The notes under the pieces are model-generated. The model was not told the DNA's origin. It saw only the letters and a program-made list of their open reading frames with translations, and did no database searches. From an uncultured Alphaproteobacteria bacterium (lineage in GTDB: Bacteria > Pseudomonadota > Alphaproteobacteria > Rs-D84), in the NCBI GenBank assembly GCA_944390835.1, contig CALXQT010000024.1, forward strand, positions 3,037 through 67,036: DNA of 64,000 bases. The letters are read 5' to 3'. The translations under genes and the position numbers were made by a program. Numbering within the stretch: position 1 is the stretch's first letter; each line of letters begins with the position of its first letter. This document shows positions 10,579-20,789 of the stretch, piece after piece.

Positions 10579-11526
10579 ATGCAAGAACAGATAAAAAAAA
10601 TTAATACATTAGAAGAACTGCAGGCTTTATATTCTGCCACGTTTGGTAAAAATGGGACAATGACGGCAAAATTAAAAGAAATGAAAAATTTGGATAATGA
10701 TGCGCGTGCCGCTCTTAACCTAGAAAATACCGAATTACGTGAACTATTTAAATTACGTCAACTAGAATTAGAAAATGCCGCTATGATGGCTGGATTGCAA
10801 AAGCAGAAGTTAGACGTTTCTTTAAACAAAGAACCAGAAAATACAGGAACTTTACACCCTATAACACGTTCTTTGGTAGATATTTCGGGTATATTAGAGT
10901 CTTTTGGTTATGAAATGTGGACGGGTCCAGAAATAGAGGACGATTGGCATAACTTTACTGCTCTGAATACACCAGAACATCATCCAGCACGAGATATGCA
11001 AGATACATTCTTTTTAGAAAATGGTAATGTAATGCGTACTCAGACATCAGCAATACAAATTCGTAGCATGGAAAAAAAGGGGGCACCGATAAAAATGTTT
11101 GGCATAGGAGCCACCTATCGTAAAGAAATGGATGCCACACACGGTCCCATGTTTCACCAGATAGAAGGTTTATATATCGATAAAAATATAACTATGACCG
11201 ACTTAATAGGCGATGTAAAAGAGTTTTTAAAAAGATTCTTTGAAGTGGATGATTTAGAAATACGTATTCGTCCATCATACTTTCCGTTCACAGAACCAAG
11301 TATTGAAGTTGACATGAAATGGCGTGGTGGTAAGTGGTTGGAATTGATGGGGGCGGGTATGGTACATCCGAACGTCTTGCGTAACTGTGGTATCAATCCA
11401 GATGAATATCAGGGTTTTGCTTTCGGTTTCGGTTGGGACAGACTAGCCATGTTAAAATACGGCTTAAATGATTTGCGTAAAATGTTTGATGGGGACGTTC
11501 GTTGGTTAAAGAATGCAGGTTTCTAA
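10579..11526 (+). CDS. pheS: Phenylalanine--tRNA ligase alpha subunit
   Basis: Class II aaRS motifs (FRPSYFPFTEPS, GAGMVHPNV); adjacent to pheT. Confidence 0.9.
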   Translation: MQEQIKKINTLEELQALYSATFGKNGTMTAKLKEMKNLDNDARAALNLENTELRELFKLRQLELENAAMMAGLQKQKLDVSLNKEPENTGTLHPITRSLVDISGILESFGYEMWTGPEIEDDWHNFTALNTPEHHPARDMQDTFFLENGNVMRTQTSAIQIRSMEKKGAPIKMFGIGATYRKEMDATHGPMFHQIEGLYIDKNITMTDLIGDVKEFLKRFFEVDDLEIRIRPSYFPFTEPSIEVDMKWRGGKWLELMGAGMVHPNVLRNCGINPDEYQGFAFGFGWDRLAMLKYGLNDLRKMFDGDVRWLKNAGF

Positions 11527-11541
11527 TCACAGGGGTTTAAA

Positions 11542-13845
11542 ATGAAGTGGACTTATGATTGGTTAAAAGATTATATAGAAACAAAGGTATCGGCGGAACA
11601 GATTGCTGATACGTTGACTCGTACGGGATTGGAAGTTGAAGATTTAATAGTTCCTGTATCACCGATTGCTGCAAAGATTATTGAATGCAAACCAATGGAA
11701 GGCAGCGATCATTTACATGTATTACAGGTGGACGATGGAAGCAGTACTTTACGTCAGGTTGTATGTGGTGCACCAAATGCTCGCGTTGGTTTAATTTCTG
11801 CGCTGGCAACGCCTGGCTGCATAATAGAAGGTCATGAAATAAAAAGTGGTAAATTACGTGGCGTTTTGTCGGATGGTATGATGTGCAGCGGTCGTGAGTT
11901 AGGAATAAATGATGATCATAGTGGTATAATAGAATTACCCGAAAAGACTAAAATAGGTACGCCAGTATTAAACTCTGAAATAGTATTTGATGCAGGTATC
12001 ACCCCTAACCGTCCTGATTATTTGGCTGTACGTGGTATTGCGCGGGATCTTTCTGCGTGTGGAGTCGGTAAATATATTACACCTAAAGAAGAATTATTAA
12101 AACCTGTCTCTGGTAAAAGAAAAGTTAATATAAACACTGATAAATGCCCAGTGTATCAATTTTGTGAAATTCATGGGATTACTGTTAATCAAAGTGATTT
12201 AAAAGTAAAATCTCGTTTAGCAGCAATCGGAATTAACCCAAAAAATTCACCAGTAGATACAACAAATTATATTTGTTATGACATGGGACAACCGATGCAC
12301 TGCTTTGATGCAGATGAAATTAATGGAAATATAACCGTTAGAATGGCAAATGCTGGAGAAGAGTTTGAGGATTTGTTTGGTAATAAGCATACATTGAAAG
12401 ATACGGATATGGTAATTGCCGATGATACAGGTATATTGGCTTTGGCAGGTGTTATCGGCGGTGCGCGTGGTATGACGACAGAAAAAACAAAGAATATTAT
12501 TCTGGAAAGCGCGTACTTTAATCCTGTATCTGTTCGAAAAACCTCTAAACGTTTGGGGATATCGACGGATTCTTCATACAGGTATGAACGTGGTATTGAT
12601 CCTACAATAACAGGGGTCGCATTAGCTAATGCTGCAAGAATGATAATAAGTACTTGTGGGGGTAAAATTGTTTGTACTGGCATTGCTGGTAAGATACCAA
12701 GTGAAAATAGAACTATTGAATATTCACCTGATTTATTCTTGCATAAGACAGGGATAGATATACCTGCAGATGCTCAATATGAAATTTTATCTAAATTAGG
12801 TTTTAACATAGTTAAACGTAATAACAAGTGGTTTATAACTCCTACGCCGGCACGGGTAAATATTGAAATTGCAGAAAATATCGTGTCAGAGTTAATACGT
12901 ATATATGGATACGATAATATTGCGAAAGCCGCGGTTCATAAACCGACTGATTCCGCACCACACCGTGATTACTATATAAATGTTAAACAAGAATTAGCAA
13001 AACGCGGTTTGAATGAAAACAAGGCATATGGATTTGGCGACTCAAAGATTGAAGAATTATTATCAGATAAACCAATAATAAAGATTGCAAATCCTATTAT
13101 AAATAATATGGATACTGCCAGAAATTGTTTATTGGAAACCTTGTTAGGTGTTGTTGGTGAAAACGAAAAACGCGGTTTTCCGGATCTAAACATATTTGAA
13201 CTTGGAACAGTGTTTGACGGGGATATGCCAGGGGAACAACATACACAGATTTGTATTGTAAGGACCGGTAACACATCCCCAAAACATTGGCAGCACAGAA
13301 ATCGACAGACGGATATATATGATGTAAAGGCAGACTTGGTTGCGTTAATACATGGTCAACGTTTTACCGTTTCAACAGATACCCCTCCTCGTTGGGCGCA
13401 TCCGTTTAGATATGGTGCTATTATGCAGGGCAAAAAGAAAATCGCTGAATTTGGTGAACTGCATCCATCTGTTGCACATAAATTAAAAATAAAAACGAAT
13501 GTAAACATTGCGATTGTGGATGACGTTGAAAACCTACCGCCTGCTAGAAAGCCGAAAGAACCTGTGATAAGTGATTTTCAACCGATTACTCGTGATTTTG
13601 CTTTTATAGTTGAGGCAGATTTTCCTGCTGAAAAGCTAGTAAGTGTTGCTATGTCTACAGATGCTCGTATAACAGATGTGGTTGTGTTTGATGCATTTGA
13701 TATGGGGGGCGAGAAAAAATCAATAGCCTTTACGATAACAATAACCCCGACAGAAAATATGTCGGATGACGATTTGCAAAAATTGCAAAATCTGGTTATC
13801 GCAAATATAGAGAAGAAATGTAACGCAAAAATACGTGATAAATAG
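11542..13845 (+). CDS. pheT: Phenylalanine--tRNA ligase beta subunit
   Basis: 767 aa with an N-terminal tRNA-binding domain, B3/B4 and a C-terminal FDX-ACB domain, plus synteny. Confidence 0.9.
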   Translation: MKWTYDWLKDYIETKVSAEQIADTLTRTGLEVEDLIVPVSPIAAKIIECKPMEGSDHLHVLQVDDGSSTLRQVVCGAPNARVGLISALATPGCIIEGHEIKSGKLRGVLSDGMMCSGRELGINDDHSGIIELPEKTKIGTPVLNSEIVFDAGITPNRPDYLAVRGIARDLSACGVGKYITPKEELLKPVSGKRKVNINTDKCPVYQFCEIHGITVNQSDLKVKSRLAAIGINPKNSPVDTTNYICYDMGQPMHCFDADEINGNITVRMANAGEEFEDLFGNKHTLKDTDMVIADDTGILALAGVIGGARGMTTEKTKNIILESAYFNPVSVRKTSKRLGISTDSSYRYERGIDPTITGVALANAARMIISTCGGKIVCTGIAGKIPSENRTIEYSPDLFLHKTGIDIPADAQYEILSKLGFNIVKRNNKWFITPTPARVNIEIAENIVSELIRIYGYDNIAKAAVHKPTDSAPHRDYYINVKQELAKRGLNENKAYGFGDSKIEELLSDKPIIKIANPIINNMDTARNCLLETLLGVVGENEKRGFPDLNIFELGTVFDGDMPGEQHTQICIVRTGNTSPKHWQHRNRQTDIYDVKADLVALIHGQRFTVSTDTPPRWAHPFRYGAIMQGKKKIAEFGELHPSVAHKLKIKTNVNIAIVDDVENLPPARKPKEPVISDFQPITRDFAFIVEADFPAEKLVSVAMSTDARITDVVVFDAFDMGGEKKSIAFTITITPTENMSDDDLQKLQNLVIANIEKKCNAKIRDK

Positions 13846-13846
13846 T

Positions 13847-13876
13847 AAAAAAAGCCGGTATTTGCCGGCTTTTTTA
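13847..13876. terminator. Bidirectional terminator shared by pheT(+) and nth(-): A7 GCCGGTATTTGCCGGC T7
   Basis: Perfect hairpin flanked by an A-tract and a T-tract. Confidence 0.7.
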
Positions 13877-14533
13877 TATTATTCTGTCTGGGGCATTACA
13901 CCACTTTGCAACCGGACATTCGTTACATTTTGGGTGTATTGCTTTACAAATATATCTTCCGTGCAAAACCATGACATGATTCACAATAAGGTGATATTTT
14001 TTTGGTATTATTTTTAATAGTTGCTCTTCTACTTTTTCTGGAGTATTTGCATCAGCATTAACCCAGCCATATCGATGAGAGTTTCTGAATACATGTGTAT
14101 CGACGCCAATATTTGGGGCGTTCCATAGTACATTCATGATAACGTTTGCAGTCTTTTGCCCTATTCCTGGTAATTTCATTAATGCGTTACGATCATGGTA
14201 TTTTTTTGGAAAAACGTAATTGTCGTCCGTGTTATTTTTATCGTCCATTAAAGATGCTGCAAGACCGATAATACTTTTCGCTTTATTGTTAAAAAAAGAT
14301 AAAACTTTAATATATTTTTTTAATCCGTCTTCACCAAGTTCCAACATTTTTGCCGGTGATGGTGCAACACGAAATAGTTCAGGGGTAACTTCATTTACTT
14401 TTTTATCTGTTGCTTGCGCAGATAAAATTACCGCAACCGCAAAAGTAAATTCGTTGGTGTGGTACAATTCACTACGTATCGTCATGTCGATTACGCTTGG
14501 AACGTGTTTAAAATATATTTCTGGTGTAATCAT
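13874..14533 (-). CDS. nth: Endonuclease III (DNA glycosylase/AP lyase, HhH-GPD, 4Fe-4S)
   Basis: LSAQATDKKVN, HhH-GPD, and C-terminal C-x6-C-x2-C-x5-C (CKAIHPKCNECPVAKWC). Confidence 0.85.
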   Translation of the reverse strand: MITPEIYFKHVPSVIDMTIRSELYHTNEFTFAVAVILSAQATDKKVNEVTPELFRVAPSPAKMLELGEDGLKKYIKVLSFFNNKAKSIIGLAASLMDDKNNTDDNYVFPKKYHDRNALMKLPGIGQKTANVIMNVLWNAPNIGVDTHVFRNSHRYGWVNADANTPEKVEEQLLKIIPKKYHLIVNHVMVLHGRYICKAIHPKCNECPVAKWCNAPDRII

Positions 14534-14958
14534 TTTTCAGATTTCAATTCTTCCAATTTTTTTTCGCATAGTTTATTGCATATTGGAGTGCAATCTTTTT
14601 GTTCTTCGGTTAATTCGTAATCGTACGAATTATGTATTTCAAAGTCATATTGAAATTGCTTATTATTATATGTAATGTTACATTTGCAGCCGATAGAAAG
14701 GTCTGATTGTACTTCTTGTGTAGTCTTAATGATTTTATTACCTTTTTCATCTAAAACTAAGTCACCTTTGTCATTTGTGACTGCAAACCGAACTGTTCTG
14801 GAGTTAGAATTATAGTTTGAGGTACAAGAAGTTTGGTAATTATATTGATTTGTCTCGAATATTTTATTTCCTCGAAACAAAAATACAGCCATTAAACCCA
14901 GAACTATAATAAGCAAAACCAATAAAATTAAATTTGTTTTTTTGTGCATTTTTTCCAC
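14530..14958 (-). CDS. Hypothetical signal-anchored Cys-rich protein (142 aa)
   Basis: N-terminal TM (LILLVLLIIVLGLMAVFLF) and 8 Cys in the C-terminal half. The start overlaps the nth stop. Confidence 0.4.
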   Translation of the reverse strand: MEKMHKKTNLILLVLLIIVLGLMAVFLFRGNKIFETNQYNYQTSCTSNYNSNSRTVRFAVTNDKGDLVLDEKGNKIIKTTQEVQSDLSIGCKCNITYNNKQFQYDFEIHNSYDYELTEEQKDCTPICNKLCEKKLEELKSEK

Positions 14959-14967
14959 CTAATGTTT

Positions 14968-17900
14968 TTATGCTTTTGTAATAGATATAGATAAATTATA
15001 TCCTTCTATCTCTGTATTATACTCTGCAGATGAAGTTTGTGACATATTTTTTATTAATGCTTCGCTCATAATGCGTTCACGATGCTGTTCAATTGCATTT
15101 GTTAATGCTGGATCTGCATGATACTCCATATTTATGCGATCAGAAACATCTAACCCGACTGTTTTACGAGTGTCTTGAATGAAACGTAATGCATCATTTG
15201 CTAAACCTTCTGCAATCAGATCAGAGTTTATTTCTGTGTCCAGCACAACAACTGCTGTATTGTCTGGTAAAGCCGCACCAGTAATACCGGCTTTTACTGT
15301 TAAGCGTTGTTCAAACTCTTCACTATTTAAAGAATAGGAGGCAACATTTAACACGTCCCCAGAAATTTCATATTCACCACGTTTTACAGCTGGTATTATT
15401 TCTTTTAAAGCACCACCCAAACGTGCACCAATCTTTGGTGTGATTAGGTATACGAAAGAATCTGCAACCGCAGAAATGTCGTCTGTAAATTCAACAACCT
15501 TAACATTTAATTCGTCACGAATGATACTTGCATATTTTTCAAGATTTACACCAGCAACGGTTAATTTTGCTAAAGGTAAACGATTGCGTAATTTATATTG
15601 TTCGCGCAGTTGTTTACCAATAGATACAACAGATTGAACACGGCGCATATCTTCAACAATCTTATGGTCATATTCTTGTGCGGTTGGAAAATCTTGTAAG
15701 TGCACACTTTCTTTACCCGTCAGATTTCTATAAATATAGTCGCTGATAAATGGTGCAAATGGCGCCAAAGCACGACACAAGTTTGTCAGTACATAATATA
15801 GCGTATCAAAAGCATCTTGATCTTCGTCCCAAAAGCGTTCACGACTACGACGGATGTACCAGTTGTTTAATATGTCTAAAAATCGGATAAATTCTTTGAT
15901 TGCAACGTCTGGTTTATATTCGTCCAAAGCGTTGCCAACGATGGAAATTAATTCACTTAATTCTGCTATGATGTATTTATCCAATGCATTTTCAGAAATA
16001 ACTGTATTACGGGCAGTTACGTTTCCGGCGTTTGCATATAATGTAAAGAAATGATATGCGTTCCATAAAGGCGTTAATATCGTCTTTGTAGGTTCTGTGA
16101 AAACTTTACATTCTTTATCAACTGGGACTGGTTCTGCTTTTAAGAAGTTAGAACCCTGGATGAACAAGCGAATTGCGTCCGCACCAAATTGTTCAATTTG
16201 ATCTTCTGGGTTAACGAAGTTCTTTAGGGACTTAGATAACTTCTTTTTATTTTCATCAACCACCATACCGTTTGCTGATACTGTCTTAAAGGCAGGTTTA
16301 TTAAACAAAGCGGTTGCCAGAATCATTAAATTATAGAACCAACCTCTGGTTTGATCTTGCCCTTCGATAATATAGTCGGCTGGGAATGTAGCTTCAAATT
16401 TATCGTGGTTTTCAAATGGGTAATGCAGTGATGCAAACGGCATAGATCCAGAATCAAACCAACAATCTAAAACATCTGTGATACGGTGCCAGCCGTCTTT
16501 TGTTAATTTATCTAACGTTGGTCTATGCAGGTCATCAACCTTTACACCAAAGAATTCTTCTAGTTCTGCAACAGAACCGAATACTTTATATTCGCCGTCT
16601 TTTTCCCAGATTGGCAGTGGTGTGCCCCAGAAACGATTTCTGGAAATAGACCATGGTCGTGCACCTTCTATCCAAGAAGCAAAGCGATTACCCGCAGACG
16701 TCCAATTTACTTTTTTATTATTTTCAATTAAAGCATCACGAATCTTAGGAACGTCAACATACCAAGAATCTGTTGCGCGATAAATTAACTTTTCTTTACT
16801 GCGTGGACTATACGGATAACTGTGCTTATATTGTTCTTTTTTTACTAAATGGCCGTTATCACGCAGGTGTTGAATGATTTTTGGATTGGCTTCAAAAATA
16901 TTTTCACCCGCCCAGTCCGTAACTTCTTTTGTAAAATTGCCATAGTCATCAACGTTCAGCAAAACTGGGAATTGTGGGTCTATGTTTTTTGCGGCCCAGA
17001 AGTCGTCTTCACCATATGCAGGTGCGATGTGAACAATACCAGTACCATCGTCGTCCGACACATATTCCGCTGGAATTACTTGGTACAACAAATCAGATGT
17101 ATTTTCATAATAATTAAATAAAGGCTTATAGTGCAAACCAGCTAAGTCAGAACCCATCAGTTCACCGATTTTTTCAGCGTTTGCAAATTGCTTTTCATAT
17201 GCTTTTAAGCGGCTTTCTGCAATTACATAATTTGCACCATCGGCGTCACGCATACGTAAATATTTCATATTTGGGTTTACTGCCAGTGCACTGTTGGCCG
17301 GCAAGGTCCAAGGTGTTGTTGTCCACGCCAGAACTCTGTCGCCATTTTCCAGTTCAAACCAAACGGTTATCGCATCATCAATCGTATCTTGATATTCGCT
17401 GGATGCCTCTGAATTAGACAAAACTGTTCCAAGTTTCCAATCAAATGGGTTAACACGATAATCTTTGTACAACAGACCTTTTTTATGAAGTTCTTTCATT
17501 GCCCACATTACAGATTCCATGTAGTTTTTATCCATGGTTTTGTATCCATAACCTTCACCAACTTCAACCCAACGCCCCATACGTTCAATAAATTTTTCCC
17601 ATTCTTTCGTGTAGGTCAAAACGTCTGTGCGGCACATGTCACAGAATGCTTCAATACCTTGTTCGGCAACGATATCTTTAGCTTGCTTGCCCAGCTTCTT
17701 TTCAACCGAGTTTTCCGCCGGCAATCCATGGCAATCCCAACCCAGTTCACGAACGACATGTTTGCCCCGCATGGTCTGATAACGTGCAACCATATCTTTT
17801 ATCGTAGTAACCCCCAAATGCCCCCAGTGCGGTAACCCATTACCAAAAGGCGGTCCGTCATAGAAAGAGAACGGATGACCTAGTTTTGTTTTATTCAAAG

Positions 17901-18006
17901 ATTTATGAAAAGTGTCATCTTTACGCCAGAACTCCAGAACTTGATGTTCTAACTCTGGAAAATTTGCCTTTGGGTCTGTTTTTGGGTATGACATAAAAAA
18001 CTCCAT
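14968..18006 (-). CDS. ileS: Isoleucine--tRNA ligase, eukaryote-like type 2
   Basis: FYDGPPFGNGLPHWGH signature (type-2 form of HIGH), KLSKS, 1012 aa with no C-terminal Zn-finger domain. Confidence 0.9.
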   Translation of the reverse strand: MEFFMSYPKTDPKANFPELEHQVLEFWRKDDTFHKSLNKTKLGHPFSFYDGPPFGNGLPHWGHLGVTTIKDMVARYQTMRGKHVVRELGWDCHGLPAENSVEKKLGKQAKDIVAEQGIEAFCDMCRTDVLTYTKEWEKFIERMGRWVEVGEGYGYKTMDKNYMESVMWAMKELHKKGLLYKDYRVNPFDWKLGTVLSNSEASSEYQDTIDDAITVWFELENGDRVLAWTTTPWTLPANSALAVNPNMKYLRMRDADGANYVIAESRLKAYEKQFANAEKIGELMGSDLAGLHYKPLFNYYENTSDLLYQVIPAEYVSDDDGTGIVHIAPAYGEDDFWAAKNIDPQFPVLLNVDDYGNFTKEVTDWAGENIFEANPKIIQHLRDNGHLVKKEQYKHSYPYSPRSKEKLIYRATDSWYVDVPKIRDALIENNKKVNWTSAGNRFASWIEGARPWSISRNRFWGTPLPIWEKDGEYKVFGSVAELEEFFGVKVDDLHRPTLDKLTKDGWHRITDVLDCWFDSGSMPFASLHYPFENHDKFEATFPADYIIEGQDQTRGWFYNLMILATALFNKPAFKTVSANGMVVDENKKKLSKSLKNFVNPEDQIEQFGADAIRLFIQGSNFLKAEPVPVDKECKVFTEPTKTILTPLWNAYHFFTLYANAGNVTARNTVISENALDKYIIAELSELISIVGNALDEYKPDVAIKEFIRFLDILNNWYIRRSRERFWDEDQDAFDTLYYVLTNLCRALAPFAPFISDYIYRNLTGKESVHLQDFPTAQEYDHKIVEDMRRVQSVVSIGKQLREQYKLRNRLPLAKLTVAGVNLEKYASIIRDELNVKVVEFTDDISAVADSFVYLITPKIGARLGGALKEIIPAVKRGEYEISGDVLNVASYSLNSEEFEQRLTVKAGITGAALPDNTAVVVLDTEINSDLIAEGLANDALRFIQDTRKTVGLDVSDRINMEYHADPALTNAIEQHRERIMSEALIKNMSQTSSAEYNTEIEGYNLSISITKA

Positions 18007-18029
18007 ATATTCTGATTACTATAAAAAAC

Positions 18030-18053
18030 GGGCGCCTATGCGCCCCAGCCACG
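18030..18053 (-). terminator. GC-rich stem-loop GGGGCGCATAGGCGCCC plus T6 on the minus strand, about 25 nt upstream of the ileS start (leader attenuator or terminator of an unannotated transcript)
   Basis: The only GC-rich block in a 600-bp AT-rich spacer. It has the same orientation as ileS and is followed by TTTTTT. Confidence 0.4.
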
Positions 18054-18172
18054 TGCAGAAGCGCGGTGCCGAGTTATCTTATAATAATTATGCTTTTTTG
18101 TTTCATTTCTCATAAATTCTAGTATATAAAATTTCATATTTCCAGAATTATTTATAAAATTTATAGCACATG

Positions 18173-18200
18173 TTGACGATTTTATTTTTGGTATTAATAT
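18173..18200 (+). promoter_or_regulatory. Sigma70-like promoter (TTGACG, 16-17 bp spacer, TAATAT) driving the 18332 gene
   Basis: Near-consensus -35 and -10 boxes read directly, about 130 nt upstream of ATG 18332. Confidence 0.4.
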
Positions 18201-18331
18201 TTTTATAAAAGAATAAAGTGATTCGTTTAATCGGTACAAATAAAAGAGGAAAAATGGATTTTGAGTTAACAGACACAAGAAAATAATTGTTGAAAAAACA
18301 GAAAAAAGAGAATTTTGTAAACCGTGCTCTT

Positions 18332-18984
18332 ATGGTATCTTTATCTCCTGTTATGTTAACAGCTGTGTTATTAGCATCTCCGATTGCGGCGGTTAGATCA
18401 GGTTTAAGTAAAAAAGAAGCCGGTGTGAAAGAGTCTGTAAAAGCTGCTCTAAGGGATTTGTAAGACCTTTTAAAGAGTCTGTAAAATCAGTAAAGGAACT
18501 TTATTCTGAAGGTACAGAAAAACTTAATAATATTCGTGAGGGTTTTGTTAAAGAAGATTTACAAAAGGCTAAACAAGAAGAACTTAAAAGAAAAGAAGAA
18601 AAGCGTAAAGCCGAAGAAGCAGCGATGGAAGCGAAAGATAAAGAAAACGCAGAAAAGAAGGGTATTACTGAAATTGCCAGAAGTATACAAAATGCAATAC
18701 GCGTAGATAGCGTAAAGGATGATTATGTATGCCTTGGCTATAAAATTTCATTTGATAATGGTGTTGAAATGCGCATTATCGAAGGCGATGAATCAAAGCC
18801 AGCAACGGTTTGTATATTTAATTCAGGTGATAAAGAAAGATATGAACTGTTCTTATCTGATTATGAATATAAATTATTAACTAAAGAAGCTTCTAAAAAA
18901 ATACGTTTGCAACTTCAAGAAGCTAGTGAAAAAAAGTTAGCTTGTATAATGAATTTATTAAAAGAAGGTCAGAATATCAGATAA
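18332..18984 (+). pseudogene. Frameshifted gene for a membrane-anchored, Lys/Glu-rich coiled-coil protein. The N-terminal part (frame 2, 18332-18463) and C-terminal part (frame 1, 18442-18984) overlap.
   Basis: Two adjacent open frames both encode the KESVK motif, from a 15-nt direct repeat AAAGAGTCTGTAAAA at 18428 and 18472 that lies in different frames. The N-terminal part has a TM helix and the C-terminal part is the 119-aa track ORF. Confidence 0.4.
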
Positions 18985-18995
18985 AATTAAAAATA

Positions 18996-19019
18996 AAAAG
19001 CCACTTTTGTGGCTTTTTA
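18996..19019. terminator. Terminator AAAAAGCCACTTTTGTGGCTTTTT
   Basis: Hairpin plus T-run after the 18984 stop. Confidence 0.6.
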
Positions 19020-19027
19020 TTTTTATC

Positions 19028-19103
19028 TGGTGCCGGTTATAGGACTTGAACCTACGACCCCCTCATTACGAATGAGATGCTCTACCAGCTGAGCTAAACC
19101 GGC
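19028..19103 (-). tRNA. tRNA-Thr (anticodon CGT)
   Basis: Reverse complement folds as a cloverleaf: acceptor GCCGGTT/AACCGGC, anticodon loop TTCGTAA, T-loop TTCAAGT, encoded CCA. Confidence 0.85.
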
Positions 19104-19130
19104 GTGTAGCCCATATCATAATATATGTTT

Positions 19131-20783
19131 CTATGAATTTCCACATTTAATTTTGCGCAACACAACCATGATACCAGCCGGAGTCATACCAGGAATCCTT
19201 GATAAATCTGCAATATTTTCCGGTCTTGTCGCAGTTAATTTTTCGATCAGTTCATTCGTCAGACCAGGCAGGTTTTTGTATTCAAAATTGTTTGGTATTT
19301 TTAATTCCGCATCGCGTCTATATGCAGCAATTTCCCGTTCATTGCGCTGTATATATCCTGCATAAAATTTATCGTTTTCGCGGATTAGTTTTTCTTTACG
19401 CTCAAATTTTTCTTCGTATTGTTCGTTTGATATTAAATTAAGTTTTACACCAGTTTTTCCCAAACGCATAATAGCATTATCACTGCGCAGTGACAATCTG
19501 TATTCTGCACGTGATGTAAACATACGGTATGGCTCATCAACCCCAAGAGTTGTTATATCGTCAATTAATACACCAATCATAGAATTTGTTCTGTCAAGAT
19601 TTAATGTGGTTAAACCAAGTGCGAATGCAGCAGCGTTTGTACCGGCAACTATGCCTTGGGCAGCAGCCTCCTCATAACCAGACGTACCGTTTATTTGGCC
19701 AGCAAAGAATAAACCTGGTATATCTTTGGATTCCAAGGTTTCTTTTAATGACCGAGCATCAATTGCATCATATTCTATTGCATAACCGTAGCGAACAATT
19801 TTTGCGTTTTCTAAACCTGGGATGGTGTGAATCCATATGTCTTGAATATCGGCACCAAAACTCGTTGATATACCATTAGGATAAATTAAGTTGCTATTTA
19901 GTCCTTCTGGTTCTAAAAACACATGATGAGACTGGTGCTCTGGAAATCGCATAACTTTGTCTTCCAATGAAGGGCAGTATCTCGGACCCGTACCACGAAT
20001 ATCACCATTATACATTGGGGCACTGGAAATATTTTCACGAATAATTTCGTGTGTACGTTGGGTTGTATGGGTGATATGACATACTGCTTCATAATTATTA
20101 TTTAAGTTTGGTGCTGAAAACCAATCGTGTGGATTATCCCCCGGCTGTAGTTCGCAAACAGAAAAATTAATAGATGACTTATCAATACGTGCAGGCGTTC
20201 CTGTTTTTAAACGCATTAAATGAAACCCTGCGTCAGATAAAATACTAGATATGTTTTTATCTGGTGCCTGATAAGTTCCATCGTCTGTAATACGACCAGA
20301 TGGTACTTTTTCTGAACCACGTGTGACCAGCCCTTGCAAGAAAGTACCGGTGGTTAAAATAATTGCGCGTGCTAAGTATTTGTTGTTTACGATTTTTTGT
20401 GTTAAATTTAAACTATCAACAGTTTCAAATATAGTTGTCAGATTTTTATAGTTTTTCAGAATATTGACGATTTGACTATGGTAAAGTTCGCGGTCTATTT
20501 GTGCGCGCAGGGCCTGTGTTGCTGCACCATGTGACGCATTAAGTGTGCGAAAATGAATTCCTGATGCATCTGCTGCGGCCCCCATGACGCCCCCCAGAGC
20601 GTCAATTTCAGCAACCATCTGTGATTTACCTGGACCGCCTATGCTTGGGTTACAAGACATCGCACCCAAGTCATTTTCGCATTGGGTAAGCAACAAAGTG
20701 CGCGCACCACGCCTGGCAGACGCCGTTGCAGCCTCTACCCCGGCGTGACCACCACCAATAACAATTACATCAAATTCTGTCAT
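19131..20783 (-). CDS. mnmG: tRNA uridine 5-carboxymethylaminomethyl modification enzyme MnmG (GidA)
   Basis: FAD-binding [15 protein letters not shown]; 550 aa; C-terminal MnmE-interaction helices. Confidence 0.9.
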   Translation of the reverse strand: MTEFDVIVIGGGHAGVEAATASARRGARTLLLTQCENDLGAMSCNPSIGGPGKSQMVAEIDALGGVMGAAADASGIHFRTLNASHGAATQALRAQIDRELYHSQIVNILKNYKNLTTIFETVDSLNLTQKIVNNKYLARAIILTTGTFLQGLVTRGSEKVPSGRITDDGTYQAPDKNISSILSDAGFHLMRLKTGTPARIDKSSINFSVCELQPGDNPHDWFSAPNLNNNYEAVCHITHTTQRTHEIIRENISSAPMYNGDIRGTGPRYCPSLEDKVMRFPEHQSHHVFLEPEGLNSNLIYPNGISTSFGADIQDIWIHTIPGLENAKIVRYGYAIEYDAIDARSLKETLESKDIPGLFFAGQINGTSGYEEAAAQGIVAGTNAAAFALGLTTLNLDRTNSMIGVLIDDITTLGVDEPYRMFTSRAEYRLSLRSDNAIMRLGKTGVKLNLISNEQYEEKFERKEKLIRENDKFYAGYIQRNEREIAAYRRDAELKIPNNFEYKNLPGLTNELIEKLTATRPENIADLSRIPGMTPAGIMVVLRKIKCGNS

Positions 20784-20789
20784 TTTTTA

